Origin: Lytechinus pictus
Taxonomy: Eukaryota
Reading direction: 5' to 3'
DNA: 64,000 nucleotides
Assembly: GCF_037042905.1 (NCBI RefSeq)
Contig: NC_087255.1
Coordinates: 22,630,001-22,694,000, forward strand
Each line of letters opens with the position of its first letter. Position 1 is the stretch's first letter. Positions 11,801 to 22,914 of the stretch are shown one piece after another. The position numbers and the translations under genes were made by a program. Under the pieces are notes generated by a model. That model was not told where the DNA came from, searched no databases, and worked only from the letters and a program-made list of their open reading frames with translations.

Positions 11801-14800
11801 TCTCTCATTGGCATATCAATGAGTTGTGGATATAACTGTTTTGTGAAAAATTAGCAAAATTCAAAATGCCACAACTTTCTTATTTTACATCTGATTTTTT
11901 GAAATTTTTGGCGTTATGCTTCTTTGACTTTTCTCTACGGTATTTACTAAACTTAACTTTTTTTGGGGGTTGGACTTGACCTTTAAGGTCTGCCCCCCCC
12001 CCACCATTATGAAATCTTGGAGCCATCATGCATCATTACATTTATTTGATATCGTCTATTTTCAGAGAAGAGTCGAATGAAGATAAAAGATGGAGGCCTG
12101 ATCATTGGAAAACAGATGGCCGAGAAGAGTCATGGTCTATTCAGTGCTGATGATTGGCAGTGTAAGATGTAAGTATACTGTCATACCATCCACCTGACTG
12201 TAAAAACTGTATTTCTATAAAGGTTGAATTTCCAGATTACTTTTAATATTTTCCCTCAATTGAGCAGGATCTAAAGAACTAGGCCTAAAGCCATTTTTTA
12301 ACACTGGAATCAAATAATGTTTTTCTCATTCCGAACTATTGATGTAACTAGTGTTATTAGTGCACTTTCTGCTGATCATCATATCTGAGAGTAAGTTTGA
12401 TGTTATTTTTGTTACAGCTTCAAATCAATTAGTTCTGGAAGCGTGACTAGCATGTTGTATTTCTTCATTTTCTTATCCAAATTCATCAATGTCTCCCATT
12501 AACATTGGGTCGCCAATTCATGTAATAATATGTTGCATTTATGAGGCACTGGTTAATGTTGCACTCTATGCATTGTATAATTCATACTATAATCCATGGG
12601 ATGCCATTTTCTCGCTGCAAATGTCAGCTGATGTATCTGTAGCCTTGGTTTTTGTCTCACCTGCATAGGAGAGTGAGACTATTATAATAGGCACCTTTTT
12701 TCCGACGGCCTATGTTGGAGGTAATTATTACATGGCTGTCATAACTTTCAAAGTTTATGGATATAGTTTATGAATTGTGGACATAGGGGTAATGAAATAT
12801 CACTGACAAGTCTTAGATGACATGATGAAGGTCAAATGTCATTTAGGGTCAATGAACGTATTGTATCATTATTATATGAATGTTTGTTTTTTTTAATAAT
12901 TATTTTAAAGTAGTTTTCAAAGTCAGCACTGCTACTATATTGAATCGCATAATGCAGGTGAGACTGCCAGAGGCGCTTGTCATTTTTTGCCCATGTGCCA
13001 TCCTTGGGCCACAGCACAACATATAACTGGTCTACACCAGTTTGGAATCAAATAACATGGAAATATAAACAAGTAGAATTATCCTATTTGAGGTTCATGA
13101 TAATCCTAGGAATATCAGGGGTTTTTTTGTCACTAAGCAAAGAAAAGTCAAATTGGGAATTGAATTCAGATCATCAGTAGACAATTGAAACTGAGAATTC
13201 AACTAAGTCAGAGAATTCAAGTAATTATCATGATAATAACATTCAGCATTATTACTATAAGTATGATGACTCGGAACTTAAGACAGTAAGATGTTCCATG
13301 TTTTAATGTTTACATTGATAAAATGTTATAACAGTCTATTCGAATTACAGACCAATCATTAGGTGTTCAGTGGCCTGTAGTGGCCTTTTAATCCGTAACT
13401 GTGTATTCACATAATTTTAACCAAAAGAAAAATAGGTGAAGGCTTCATATTTAATTTTATTCCCAATGAACACTTTCTAAATCGTCATCCATCATTGTTC
13501 ATCTTGTTGACGGATACAGGGAATAATTTTACTCCTAAATTTGAATTTTGATTAGCATTTCTAGTAAAAAGAGAAAAGATTTCAACTATGTTCTGAACAG
13601 TCCTGTAAAAGAAATTGCTACAGATTTTTTTTTTGTCAAGCTGTCATAAAAAAGTGTAAAGCAAATTGTGATGTGATACCAGGAAATTTTTCCCCCATAT
13701 ATGTTTAACATACAATTGATCTATTCCTCAGAGGCTCTGATTAACACTCTTATTGCTTTTCCCCTCCCACCCCACCCCTGGTCCCCTCCCTGTTCACCAA
13801 CCCCTCCCATTTTGATACTGATAAACAGGTGTGGTAATGTCAACTGGGCCAGGAGGAATGAATGCAATGTTTGTCACTCACCTAAATTTGGAAAAATTGA
13901 GGAGAGAACTGGTAAATATGGAATTCTTTCATTATTTATTTGTTTGTATTTGTTTTAGGTTGGGGTTAGCTTTCATTAAGTTATATAATTTGAAATGTGC
14001 AGTGGCAGCAGCCTACTAGTATAATAAAATCATAGAGAGATACATAGACGCACATCCACAATTGAATTTGTATATAGACTTATTTTCATGGATAGATATT
14101 AATTAAATTTTAATGTAGTTATCAAATTTGTTTCTCAAAAGAACATAGATCAATAAGGTTTCTTTTAATTTACTCTTTACTTCATTTTTAATTAAGTTTA
14201 TTTAAAATTTCAAAATTTATTGGGTTTTTTTTTTTCATTATTAATAGTTCAGTTCACCCAGGCACTTTGTCAACACATATTAAGACTGCCCAATAAATAT
14301 GTAGTAGAAGAAGTTGTCGTATAGTAAAAAAAAAAGTTGATGTATACATTATGGATGTTTTCTTTGCAGATTTCCGATACTCAAATTGTGTTTTAAGAAT
14401 GACTTCACTATGCATCCTAAAAAGATAGGCTAAACTTTAATCCCTTGTCTTGGTCTTATGTTCATACTTGTATCTTGTATAGGGTATGGAGGTGGATTCA
14501 ATGAGAGAGGTACAGTGGAATACAGAGAAGACAGGGGGTCTGATTCAGATGAAGAATATGATGAGGTTTGTCAGTCGGGTCTTTAAAGGGGAAGTTCACC
14601 CTAAAGAAAAGTTTGTTGTAAAAATGACAGAAAAAAGGAATGAAAAACATTGGTGAAGGTTTGAGGAAAATCTGTTAAAGATTAAGAAATTTATTAGAAT
14701 TTTAAGTTTTAGATTTGTAACGTCATAAACGAGCAGCTGCCCCATGTGTTATGTAATATAAAATGCATGAATTTCATTTTTTTGATGGATACTGATGACT

Positions 14801-17020
14801 TATATTTGTTTTCTTTTCATGATCGGGTGTGAAATGACTTGCCTATTGATATACAAAAGGTATAATAAAAACCATTTTCAATTTTCTGAGAAAATGACAT
14901 TTCATAGATTTTTTTTCCACTCGCTATGTAGGAATGCTGCTCGCATATGACATCACAAATCAAATCAAAATTCTAATAACTTTTAGATTCTTTGAGGGAT
15001 TTTCTCAAACCTTTGGCAATATTTTTTCTGCTATTTTTACAATAAACTTTTTGTCAGGGTGAACTTCCCCTTTAGTATGTCTAGTTCGCATGAAGAAAAT
15101 ATTACACACAAGACGGGGAGGGGGGGGGATTGCTTGTCGGCTTTGCTGACTAAAAGATTCAATTGATTTGCTATTACTAGCAATAGTAAATCACTTTATT
15201 TTACTGTTGCACAAAGTACAATTTCAAATGATCAATTTTAACAGAATAGATCAATTATTTGAGATTGAAATTTGCAATTAATTGCAAATAAGCTTGAAAA
15301 AATCCACATCCTTTTGTTGTTACTTGGCAATATCTGACAGAGATAAGCAATTATAGATTGAAATAGATTTTTTCAGTTAGGTAGCAATACAGTAATCTTC
15401 CACAGTTATATCAATACAATGTACACCATAATTTAACCTGTCATGGGACTCAGTCATATAATAGTTGCAAGAAGATTTGGATATTTGTTCAGAATAAAGG
15501 TGGAGGATAAGGCGACCTATACTGTATGAGGTTATCTTTTATCTTTGTCTTTTTACTTTCATTTTCTACTGGAGCAACCTATTGTTGGAGCAAACGTCCT
15601 GGAATCGGTCCAAAATGATTTAATTTTTTTTTATACTTTTATTCAACAGTTTGGTAGAAGAAAGAGGAAATTTCGCATATCTGATGACCAACCAAAAAGT
15701 ATACTCAAAGAGGTAGATGAAGAGAAGGAAGGCGAAGATGACGAAGAAGAGGAGGAGGAGGACGATGAAGGCAACCTCGATGCATATAAATTGGATTCAG
15801 ATGTAAGCATTGATATTCTTTGTTGGCATCTGGCAATGGATTTTTTTTCGGGGGGGAGGGTAAAAGCCAGTAGGAAATCAAATCGTGCTAGGATTAGTGA
15901 TTGCAATATTCAAATGCTCATAACTTTCTCATTATTTGTCCGATTTTTCTCAAACTTTCTTTGTTCTTATTCTTTGATTATTCTGTTTCGACACAAGCCT
16001 ACTTGTTCAGATCAGAAGAGGATTTTATTTACCTTCATTGTTATTTTTCATTGACGTAGGATGATGATGATGAAGGTGGCGATCTCTCAGCTTATGCGTT
16101 AGTGGACAGTGATACGGAAAAGAAGCCATCCGGGCCAGCAGCGTCGTCGTCATCTGATACGAAGTCCTCTCAGCACTCATCCTACCGGTCAAGGAGTTCC
16201 AGTTCTAGCCGGTCCCGGTCAAGGTAACCGGGTGGTCATGTGATCAGTCACCTGACCCACATGACCGGTGTTACTCATGTCACCTGATAAATGTAGTGTT
16301 CAAATACAAGAACTGTGCCATTTGCAGCTGATCTAAACGGGTTCTTTATTACAAGGAAATTCCTGTGACTTTGATAGGGAGTTTTAAATGACAAATTCTA
16401 ATGAAGCAGAAGAATATAAAATAGATGATTTGCCATTGCATACTTCTATTCTTGACTCTTATTCGATGACGGCAAATACTTGAGACTAGTTGATGCAATC
16501 CAATTTCATTAATTTTCCTCTTTACTCTTTTGTTGGAGAATGAGGTCAAACCATTCCAACAGTCATTGTTTAGGATTTTTATTGGGGATTAAATCTTTCA
16601 GAGTTTACCCCTCTATGAGGTGTCTGCACAAAAAACACAGAATTTTGTATCCATCTTTCATTGTGTATTATTACACCTTCTCCGCTCCTCACATTTCTTT
16701 TCGTTTAATTACGTTCCAGATCTCGATCCAAGGATCGCAGATCCGGTACATACTCTAGATCCAGATCCAGGTCCGGAAGCCGAGATCGCAGACGGTCTAG
16801 AGATCAGAAATCACGTTCCCGCTCCAGGAGTCGAGATCGCAGAAGATCAAGAGATCGCAGGTCACGTTCGCGTTCAAGGAGTCGAGACCGGAGACGATCT
16901 GGGTCAAAGTCATCTAGTTCATCATCAAAGCATCGGCGGTACTCAAGGTCATATTCAAGGTCAAGATCAAGGTCACCATTGAGGAAGGATTACAAGGACA
17001 GAGGTTCACGCTACTACTGA
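8785..17020 (+). CDS. ZRANB2: Zinc finger Ran-binding domain-containing protein 2; join(8785..8840,10877..10929,12066..12168,13829..13911,14483..14565,15650..15802,16060..16223,16720..17020), 331 aa
   Basis: All introns are GT-AG with consistent phases (996 nt in total). Two RanBP2 fingers ([47 protein letters not shown]), then EERTGYGGGFNER, YDEFGRRKRKFR, an acidic tract and a C-terminal RS domain. Confidence 0.96.
9080..9430 (-). mobile_element. tRNA-derived SINE in ZRANB2 intron 1
   Basis: Minus-strand B box GGGTTCGAGTCCC (9381-9393), with central CCGTCCATCGGAAAGGACG and CCCGGTGTATTG motifs typical of invertebrate SINE bodies. Confidence 0.6.
10877..10929 (+). CDS. ZRANB2: ZRANB2 exon 2
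   Basis: TTGTAG|...|GTAAGT; encodes [17 protein letters not shown]. Confidence 0.95.
11511..11986. mobile_element. Kolobok-like MITE, internally deleted
   Basis: Right end TGGACTTGACCT|TTAA and degenerate left end ACAAGTCCAACC. Homologous to 29445-29933. Confidence 0.7.
12066..12168 (+). CDS. ZRANB2: ZRANB2 exon 3
   Basis: TTTCAG|...|GTAAGT; encodes KSRMKIKDGGLIIGKQMAEKSHGLFSADDWQCK. Confidence 0.95.
12654..12980 (+). mobile_element. HINE copy 2 (short, ~1 repeat)
   Basis: GTCTCACCTGCA...TGCAGGTGAGACTGCCAGAGGC termini as in the other copies. Confidence 0.8.
13829..13911 (+). CDS. ZRANB2: ZRANB2 exon 4
   Basis: AAACAG|...|GTAAAT; encodes [27 protein letters not shown]. Confidence 0.95.
14483..14565 (+). 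CDS. ZRANB2: ZRANB2 exon 5
   Basis: GTATAG|...|GTTTGT; encodes YGGGFNERGTVEYREDRGSDSDEEYDE. Confidence 0.95.
14587..15071. mobile_element. Kolobok-like MITE
   Basis: TTAA|AGGGGAAGTTCACCCT...AGGGTGAACTTCCCCT|TTAG, beginning 21 nt into intron 5. Related fragments at ~28600-28730 and 50220-50343. Confidence 0.85.
15650..15802 (+). CDS. ZRANB2: ZRANB2 exon 6
   Basis: CAACAG|...|GTAAGC; encodes FGRRKRKFR and an acidic tract. Confidence 0.94.
16060..16223 (+). CDS. ZRANB2: ZRANB2 exon 7
   Basis: ACGTAG|...AAG|GTAACC; encodes DDDDEGGDLSAYALVDSD...SRSSSSSRSRS. Confidence 0.9.
16720..17020 (+). CDS. ZRANB2: ZRANB2 exon 8 (RS domain, stop)
   Basis: TTCCAG| acceptor. RS domain built from ~17-aa SRDRRRSRD..SRSRSR repeats. 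TGA at 17018-17020. Confidence 0.92.
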
Positions 17021-17129
17021 GACCACTACTAGGTTAAAGGTTTGACTGGTTGCGCTGTACATAATGTATCACATTTAATACTTAACATTCAACTTGAATG
17101 ATACCATAATATATAGCTATAATAATATG

Positions 17130-17417
17130 AATGATGATGATTATACTTGCTTATATAGCGCTTAACACTTACTTTATCATAAGTCTCTAAGCACTCTACA
17201 GTAATGCAGCATAACTACCTTGGCTTTAGCAGAACAACTGCTATGTGCGCTGCATTTCAAGGAATAAATTCCTACCAGGTACCCTTTCACCTCGCCTGGG
17301 TTGAGTGCAGAACAATGTGGGTAAATTTCTTGCTGCAGGAAAATGCCCCATTGGCTTGGAATCGAACCCATGTCCCTCAGATTGAAAGGCGAGAGTCATA
17401 ACAACTAGACGACGCCT
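17130..17417 (-). mobile_element. tRNA-derived SINE with L2-like tail, antisense in ZRANB2 3' region
   Basis: Minus-strand B box GGTTCGATTCC, core ...CCCAGGCGAGGTGAAAGGGTACC, and tail AAGCGCTATATAAG plus (ATC)n. Related to 53050-53767 and 60200-60510. Confidence 0.8.
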
Positions 17418-17633
17418 TCAGCTATTATATAGGCCTATGACTTTTCAGACATTTGCGGTAATTTCACTTAATATTAATGTTATAGGTTGCATGGTGATTG
17501 CTGCTACATTGGACCTTTTTACTCTGAGCTATCAAATTGATATTCAGAGTATTATTTTTTTAATAAATATCTTGCTGTTTTAAAGCAGGATTATATCAGT
17601 TACTTGATTCAGTACTAGATAGTCAAGAATGTT

Positions 17634-17724
17634 GATATGATGACAATGATGATGGATGATGATGGTGTTGGTGATGCTGATGGTGGTGGTGATGATGATG
17701 ATGATTATCGTAATCATAATGATA
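17634..17724. repeat. (GAT/GGT)n microsatellite
   Basis: Directly visible. Confidence 0.8.
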
Positions 17725-17918
17725 ACATATTAAGTTTGCTAGCGAAACAAATATGCTCGGTTATACCAAGAATTTTGGGTAAATATTAGTTGCACCAATA
17801 GTTTATTTATAAATGATTTTCCAAAAAATGATTTTTTTTGTTTTCTTTGAATGTGATATAGATATTGATGAGATGAATATGTGAGAGATGATCCTTTAGT
17901 AAAGAAGATTTAGACATA

Positions 17919-18240
17919 TTGGCCAGTATTCTGAAATCAGGTTGAACTTAGATTATGGTCTAAATCTGTTCTGAAATTATGGATAGCCAAACAATAAAAT
18001 TTTTGTTTACATTGTAAGCCTCTCATGTTTACTGTGCTCTTACCTAATTCTTTAATGGTGAAGACAACTATCTTATTTATCCTCCCAAGACAGTTCAGAA
18101 TGATTTAAGAGTCAAAAGAGCTGATTCATTGAATGTCTATTCAATATTGTTAGAGAATTATGTCACGATCAGCTATCCATAGTTAAACCACAACTTTATA
18201 CCAGAGTTTGAATTAAACCGTACGTCAGAATACGGGCCAA
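17919..18240. mobile_element. MITE
   Basis: TIR TTGGCCAGTATTCTGA / TCAGAATACGGGCCAA. Confidence 0.75.
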
Positions 18241-18759
18241 TTTTGCCAGCCATATTTTGAAGTATAATCATTATTATTAATCGAAGCCGTTGATTTAAAT
18301 TTACTACGAGTATTTAAATATTTAGAATTTAAAAAATATGGAAGATAACAGATGTACGATAATTTTAGAGCAGCAAGATTTCATTTTTTTAGGTGCCTTT
18401 ATTGAGGATTCTTCTTTCAAAATAAGTTGCACATTATTTGTTGTACAAATGTATAACAATTTCAGGAATGAGGACACTTTTTTTAAATCTAATTGCATAT
18501 ACTGTCAATGGATTGCTGCTTTCATGTCTAATGATAATTATATTTTATTTTCCTGTTTTGTTTTTACAGATTTATTCACGAAGAGCTGTCGGTGATATTT
18601 CATTAGAACATCAAGTTTGGTTTGTGAAGGTACCATGTGTAATAAAAATTATGTAGGTAAGTCATTAGGTATCACAGATAGGAAGGTATGTGGTCTAACG
18701 TGTGCATATTGGCAATTATAGTAGATTTCAGATTTGTGTACATTCATGCTTTCGTCTAC

Positions 18760-19380
18760 TTAATGTCTCTTTCTTTCTGTTCTTGCCTGCTATGCTGCTA
18801 TCTTTCATCTTTTCTCTCTTACCTTCTTTCACTCTTCCTTTCTCTCTCTCTCTCTGTTTTCCCCCATTCTTCTTTCTCTGACATACCTTCTTTTCTTTGT
18901 CTGCTTCCCTCCCTTCTTCTGTCCCTACCTTCCTCACACTCTGTTTTTTTTTCTGCCATCCCTCTCTGTTTCCCTCCATTCTTTCTTTGACCTGGGTCCC
19001 ATAACACAAAGGTTAGCGATTAATTGTACGATTGATTTTTACGATTGATTGTACATTGTAGTCAATGCAATCAATCATCAGAAAGTATTCAATGATGATT
19101 GCTAAGTTTTTGTGTTACGGGGCACCTGTTCTCCCTCAATTCCTCACACTCTCTATCTGCTTGTCTCACTATCTCCTTGTCTCACTATCTCTTCATCCCT
19201 CCCTATCTGTCTCTCTTTTTCTTTCATGTCCTCTTTCTCCTCCCTTTCCCTCTCCTTTCTCTTTTCCCTATCAGTATCCCCTCCTTTTTTCAATCGTAAA
19301 TGTGCTATTTGCCCCCTCTTTTCCAAAGTGATTTCTCAATTTCTTTTTTTTCTGTTTCTTTCTCCCATTTATTTCCTCTC
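18760..19380. repeat. CT-rich low-complexity tract interrupted by a MITE
   Basis: Polypyrimidine on the + strand. It generates the spurious Leu/Ser/Phe-rich and Lys/Arg/Glu-rich ORFs. Confidence 0.75.
18995..19125. mobile_element. CWG-flanked palindromic MITE (PIF/Harbinger-like)
   Basis: CTG|GGTCCCATAACACAAAG...TTTGTGTTACGGGGCAC|CTG. An inverted sister copy lies at 41903-42037. Confidence 0.8.
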
Positions 19381-22244
19381 AAAATAAGTTTGGCAATGCA
19401 TTTGTTAAAGTGTTAAGTGTCAAAGGAATCGATGTTTTCATTGATGCATTACTTGTTGAAAAAAATTGAAAAAATATTACGCTGCTTCCTACCAATTTTG
19501 TCAATATTCTAGATAATATTATATTTTAAATGAAAATGTCAATTCTGGTACAAAAATTGGTGTCGTTTTCAACCTACATTCATATTTTACTGGTATATAT
19601 GCGTTAGAGTAGACCCTTTTGCAGAAATTTCCTTTTACGCCCAGCTGTCATAAATTCGGAAGTTCATGCAGCTGAAAATAAGTTAGACAATCTCCTCGAC
19701 ACCCTAATTACCTTCATTAACTTTGCACTTAATTGTAATTTGGTGATTGTACATGTTTTGCTTATTCATTATTAAAACAATAGGCTACAAGTATAGACTC
19801 TGGGCTGATCTCTAATTTATGGAAACAGGCGTATATTCAATTATTAATGGCTTAGCACATGATGTTGAATTTTTCCTTTTAAGGGTTTTCATAGTTGATG
19901 TTTCATTTGGAAAGTTCTTTTAAATAATACACCTAAATTGTGTACTCATTTAGTAATCTATGGGATAAAAATGCAATAATTCAAGATTTTTTTTTTTTAA
20001 TAAGCGCTATCTACATGTATGCTCATACACTTCATTTCTTTGTTGCCTAATTAATAATAGAATAATGTTATATCTGAGCAGTGTCCACCGATTTACAATA
20101 ATCTCATATTCCTATCAGATATATTTACATTTAAGTAATATCAATTTTACTGTATAGCATTATACTCTGGTGAATATTAGGAATTTGAGCAAGAATTAAA
20201 ATTTAACAGAGCAGTCTGTACTTAAATTTGATGCACATTTACAACTGCCAAACCAATAAAGGCAATTAGTTGTTTTTCTTCCAGTTTTTCAAATAGAACA
20301 TCAGCGATATAAATATCATTCATCTCTAGTCAAACAATGAATTGTTCCTTTGAACTATTAAGGTTTTAAAGCTTGCAGTGTTATCTAAATTTTGAAATGC
20401 TGCCTTTTCTGCAAAGAGAACTTAAAAAATCAAGATGTAAATATTTTTTCAGTACGAAAATGTAAAAACTTGAGTGTACCATGAAATTGTGCCTCGCTTT
20501 TCTACTACACTTTTCTATAATTTACGTATTCCATACAACAAAGATCAAAATATTTTTGTTGAACCTCTTATCATTGTATATGAGAACACATGAAGAAACT
20601 TTTGATTGTTGAATTTTGGGACCCCATGTCCATAAAATCTGAAGTTCTGCTACATTAGACTATAGCAGCATTTTTATACATGCTACAACTACAACTATAG
20701 TACTGTAATAATGTAGTCAACTCAACATATGTATTACATTGAATTGGTAGTATTTGTACTTGCTTTGACTATCATTCTAATACATTTGGCTAACTTTTTT
20801 TCAGCCAGAAATACATACTCCTTTTATACTAGTATGGGTCCATTTTTGCAGTTTTGATCCGTTCGAACAGTACATCTTCAAAATTGGTAATGACAGTTGC
20901 AAAAATTAAGATGAGATTAGAGATACCTCAAATTTAAAAATACTAGCTCTGGTCCAATAAAAAAAAACATTGGTAAACCAATTTAAGTCACTTTTGGTCA
21001 TTAAATCAAAGAATAAATGCAAAATCAGCCACCAAGAAGCGTCCATGTTTAATGTGATTGAAATTTTGAAAAAATTAATTACTTTTTGAGTATTTTATTG
21101 ATTTCATTTAAAACATGACCAGTTTGTAGATTCTTTAGAATTTCTCTATTAAAGTAGATTCATGGATGTCACTTGTAGGATATTGATAGGATAATGTGAA
21201 TATTAGAAGCTACTGCCTTGTTGAATTTACATTTATGAAGATTTGTATTTATTTATACCAATTTTGTGAAATCTATTTATCCATATCATTTACGTGTTTG
21301 TTTTTATAGAAGTATGGAATAATTCCCTAGTTTTAATTTTGTAGCGTTTATTACATGTAGAATTTTATTTTGAATGAACAAAAACAGTTTTCATGGAATA
21401 TCCTACTTGCATTTACACAGATAATGCATGTGCTCACCTATAACAAAAAGCATAACTAGTATGACTCGTTCTCAAGCTCTTCACCAAATGATTTTTCCAA
21501 TCTAGAAATGTTTTCGATATGACATTGCACTCATCACTTAATATTTTTTTCAAAAACAAAATATTTCAAATACAAGCTGACTGAATGATTATATTAAATG
21601 GTCACAGGCTCAATACAGGTAACAGCTAAATTTTCATTTGTTACCTACTTTTGCTGTTAGATTGTTAAAAAGTAATAAAGGCTAAGTTGCTGCTCAATTT
21701 TATATCACTATGCTGTTGTATACTTGTTTTTTTTTCATTCAAAGCTTCTTATGTGATGTTGAATATATTTGAAGAAGTGGAAGATTATGACTGGGAGGTG
21801 GGTATGCATATTCTTATAGAGCAGTGGATCGTGCTCTTTTAATTTCAACCAGCATAACTGAGATGAAGCAATACAGGATATTCAGTTTATATATACACTT
21901 ATTGAAGATGATCGTGACTGGGAGGGGAAATTTTAATATTTTGTTGCGGTTTTGAAAACGTGCAATACATTTGAAAGCTCTTTGGATCAAGGGCAGCTCT
22001 ACAGACTTTCAGTAGCCATCTTAACATAGGTATATTATTATTATCATTTAAGGAGAATTGAAAATGTTTAGCAGTACCTAAGACATTACAAGTGGAAGAC
22101 TGGACTCTTCAGCGACTTTTTTTTTTTTAAATGCTAATTTTGTTCGTGGGATGGGCACCAAACAGCTTCAGGTAGGTAAGACTTTTTAATCGGAATGCAC
22201 TTGTGTATAAAACATGGAGGAAATGAAAGAGAGGGTGAGACGGA

Positions 22245-22686
22245 GGTGCAAAGGGATAATTCCACCGGGCCACTCCTGTGTTAAAGCATTTGCACAGGTT
22301 ACCAGTTGACAAAAGAATTTCTTACAAAGTTGCACTGTTAGTTTATAATTTTATGCATAAAATGGCACCCGAATACCTCTATAGTTTACTTAGATCCCAC
22401 ACCGGCCACATAGACTTTGTTATAGTGAAGACACTACAATTTTACACATTCCTAGAGTTGTTTCAAAAGGGGGAAGCTAGTTTTGATTTTTGCGGTCTCA
22501 AATAATGGAATAGTTTACCAATTCACCTACGATCATGTACTTCTGTTGAATCTTTTAAAAGAAATTTGAAAACATTTATTTTTGTTGTAGTGTAACTGTA
22601 ATATTGGAGAGCAATTTGTACAGGGCGCATAGAGCAATTTCAATTGATTATGTGCTACATAAGTACCAATTTATTATTATTATTAC
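22245..22686 (+). mobile_element. L2/CR1-group LINE 3' fragment
   Basis: Translates to TPVLKHLHRLPVDKRISYKVALLVYNFMHKMAPEYL and WNSLPIHLRSCTSVESFKRNLKTFIF (L2 ORF2 C-terminus). Frameshifted, with an (ATT)n tail. Confidence 0.85.
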
Positions 22687-22914
22687 TCTCCCAGAAATCT
22701 TGACATTAGTTTCTAATAATTATGCTAAAACATCAAAATCGCTCTCATTTCCCCCATATGTTTTCTACATCACCTCAAATGACAATATGTGAATGTACAT
22801 CTGCCAAAGGCTGTAGGGCGCTCTTTCCCGGCATTACGCACTCTATCGAGTCTCCAGTCTTCCCCTTGTAGTATTTTTGCAAAAACCTTTTCATGTTCAG
22901 GAATTAGTGTAATG

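Noticed and set aside
13261-13745. C/D snoRNA in ZRANB2 intron 3 (ATGATGA at 13263)
   Set aside because: No D box with a terminal stem at a suitable distance.
15545-16054. 169-aa ORF as a standalone gene
   Set aside because: It is ZRANB2 exon 6 plus intronic read-through on both sides.
16620-16982. 120-aa ORF (PDLDP...QGQDQGHH)
   Set aside because: Alternative frame of the ZRANB2 RS-domain exon. The spliced frame is the RS one.
18688-19387. Hydrophobic or charged ORFs (also at 30392-30852)
   Set aside because: Translations of CT/GA low-complexity tracts.
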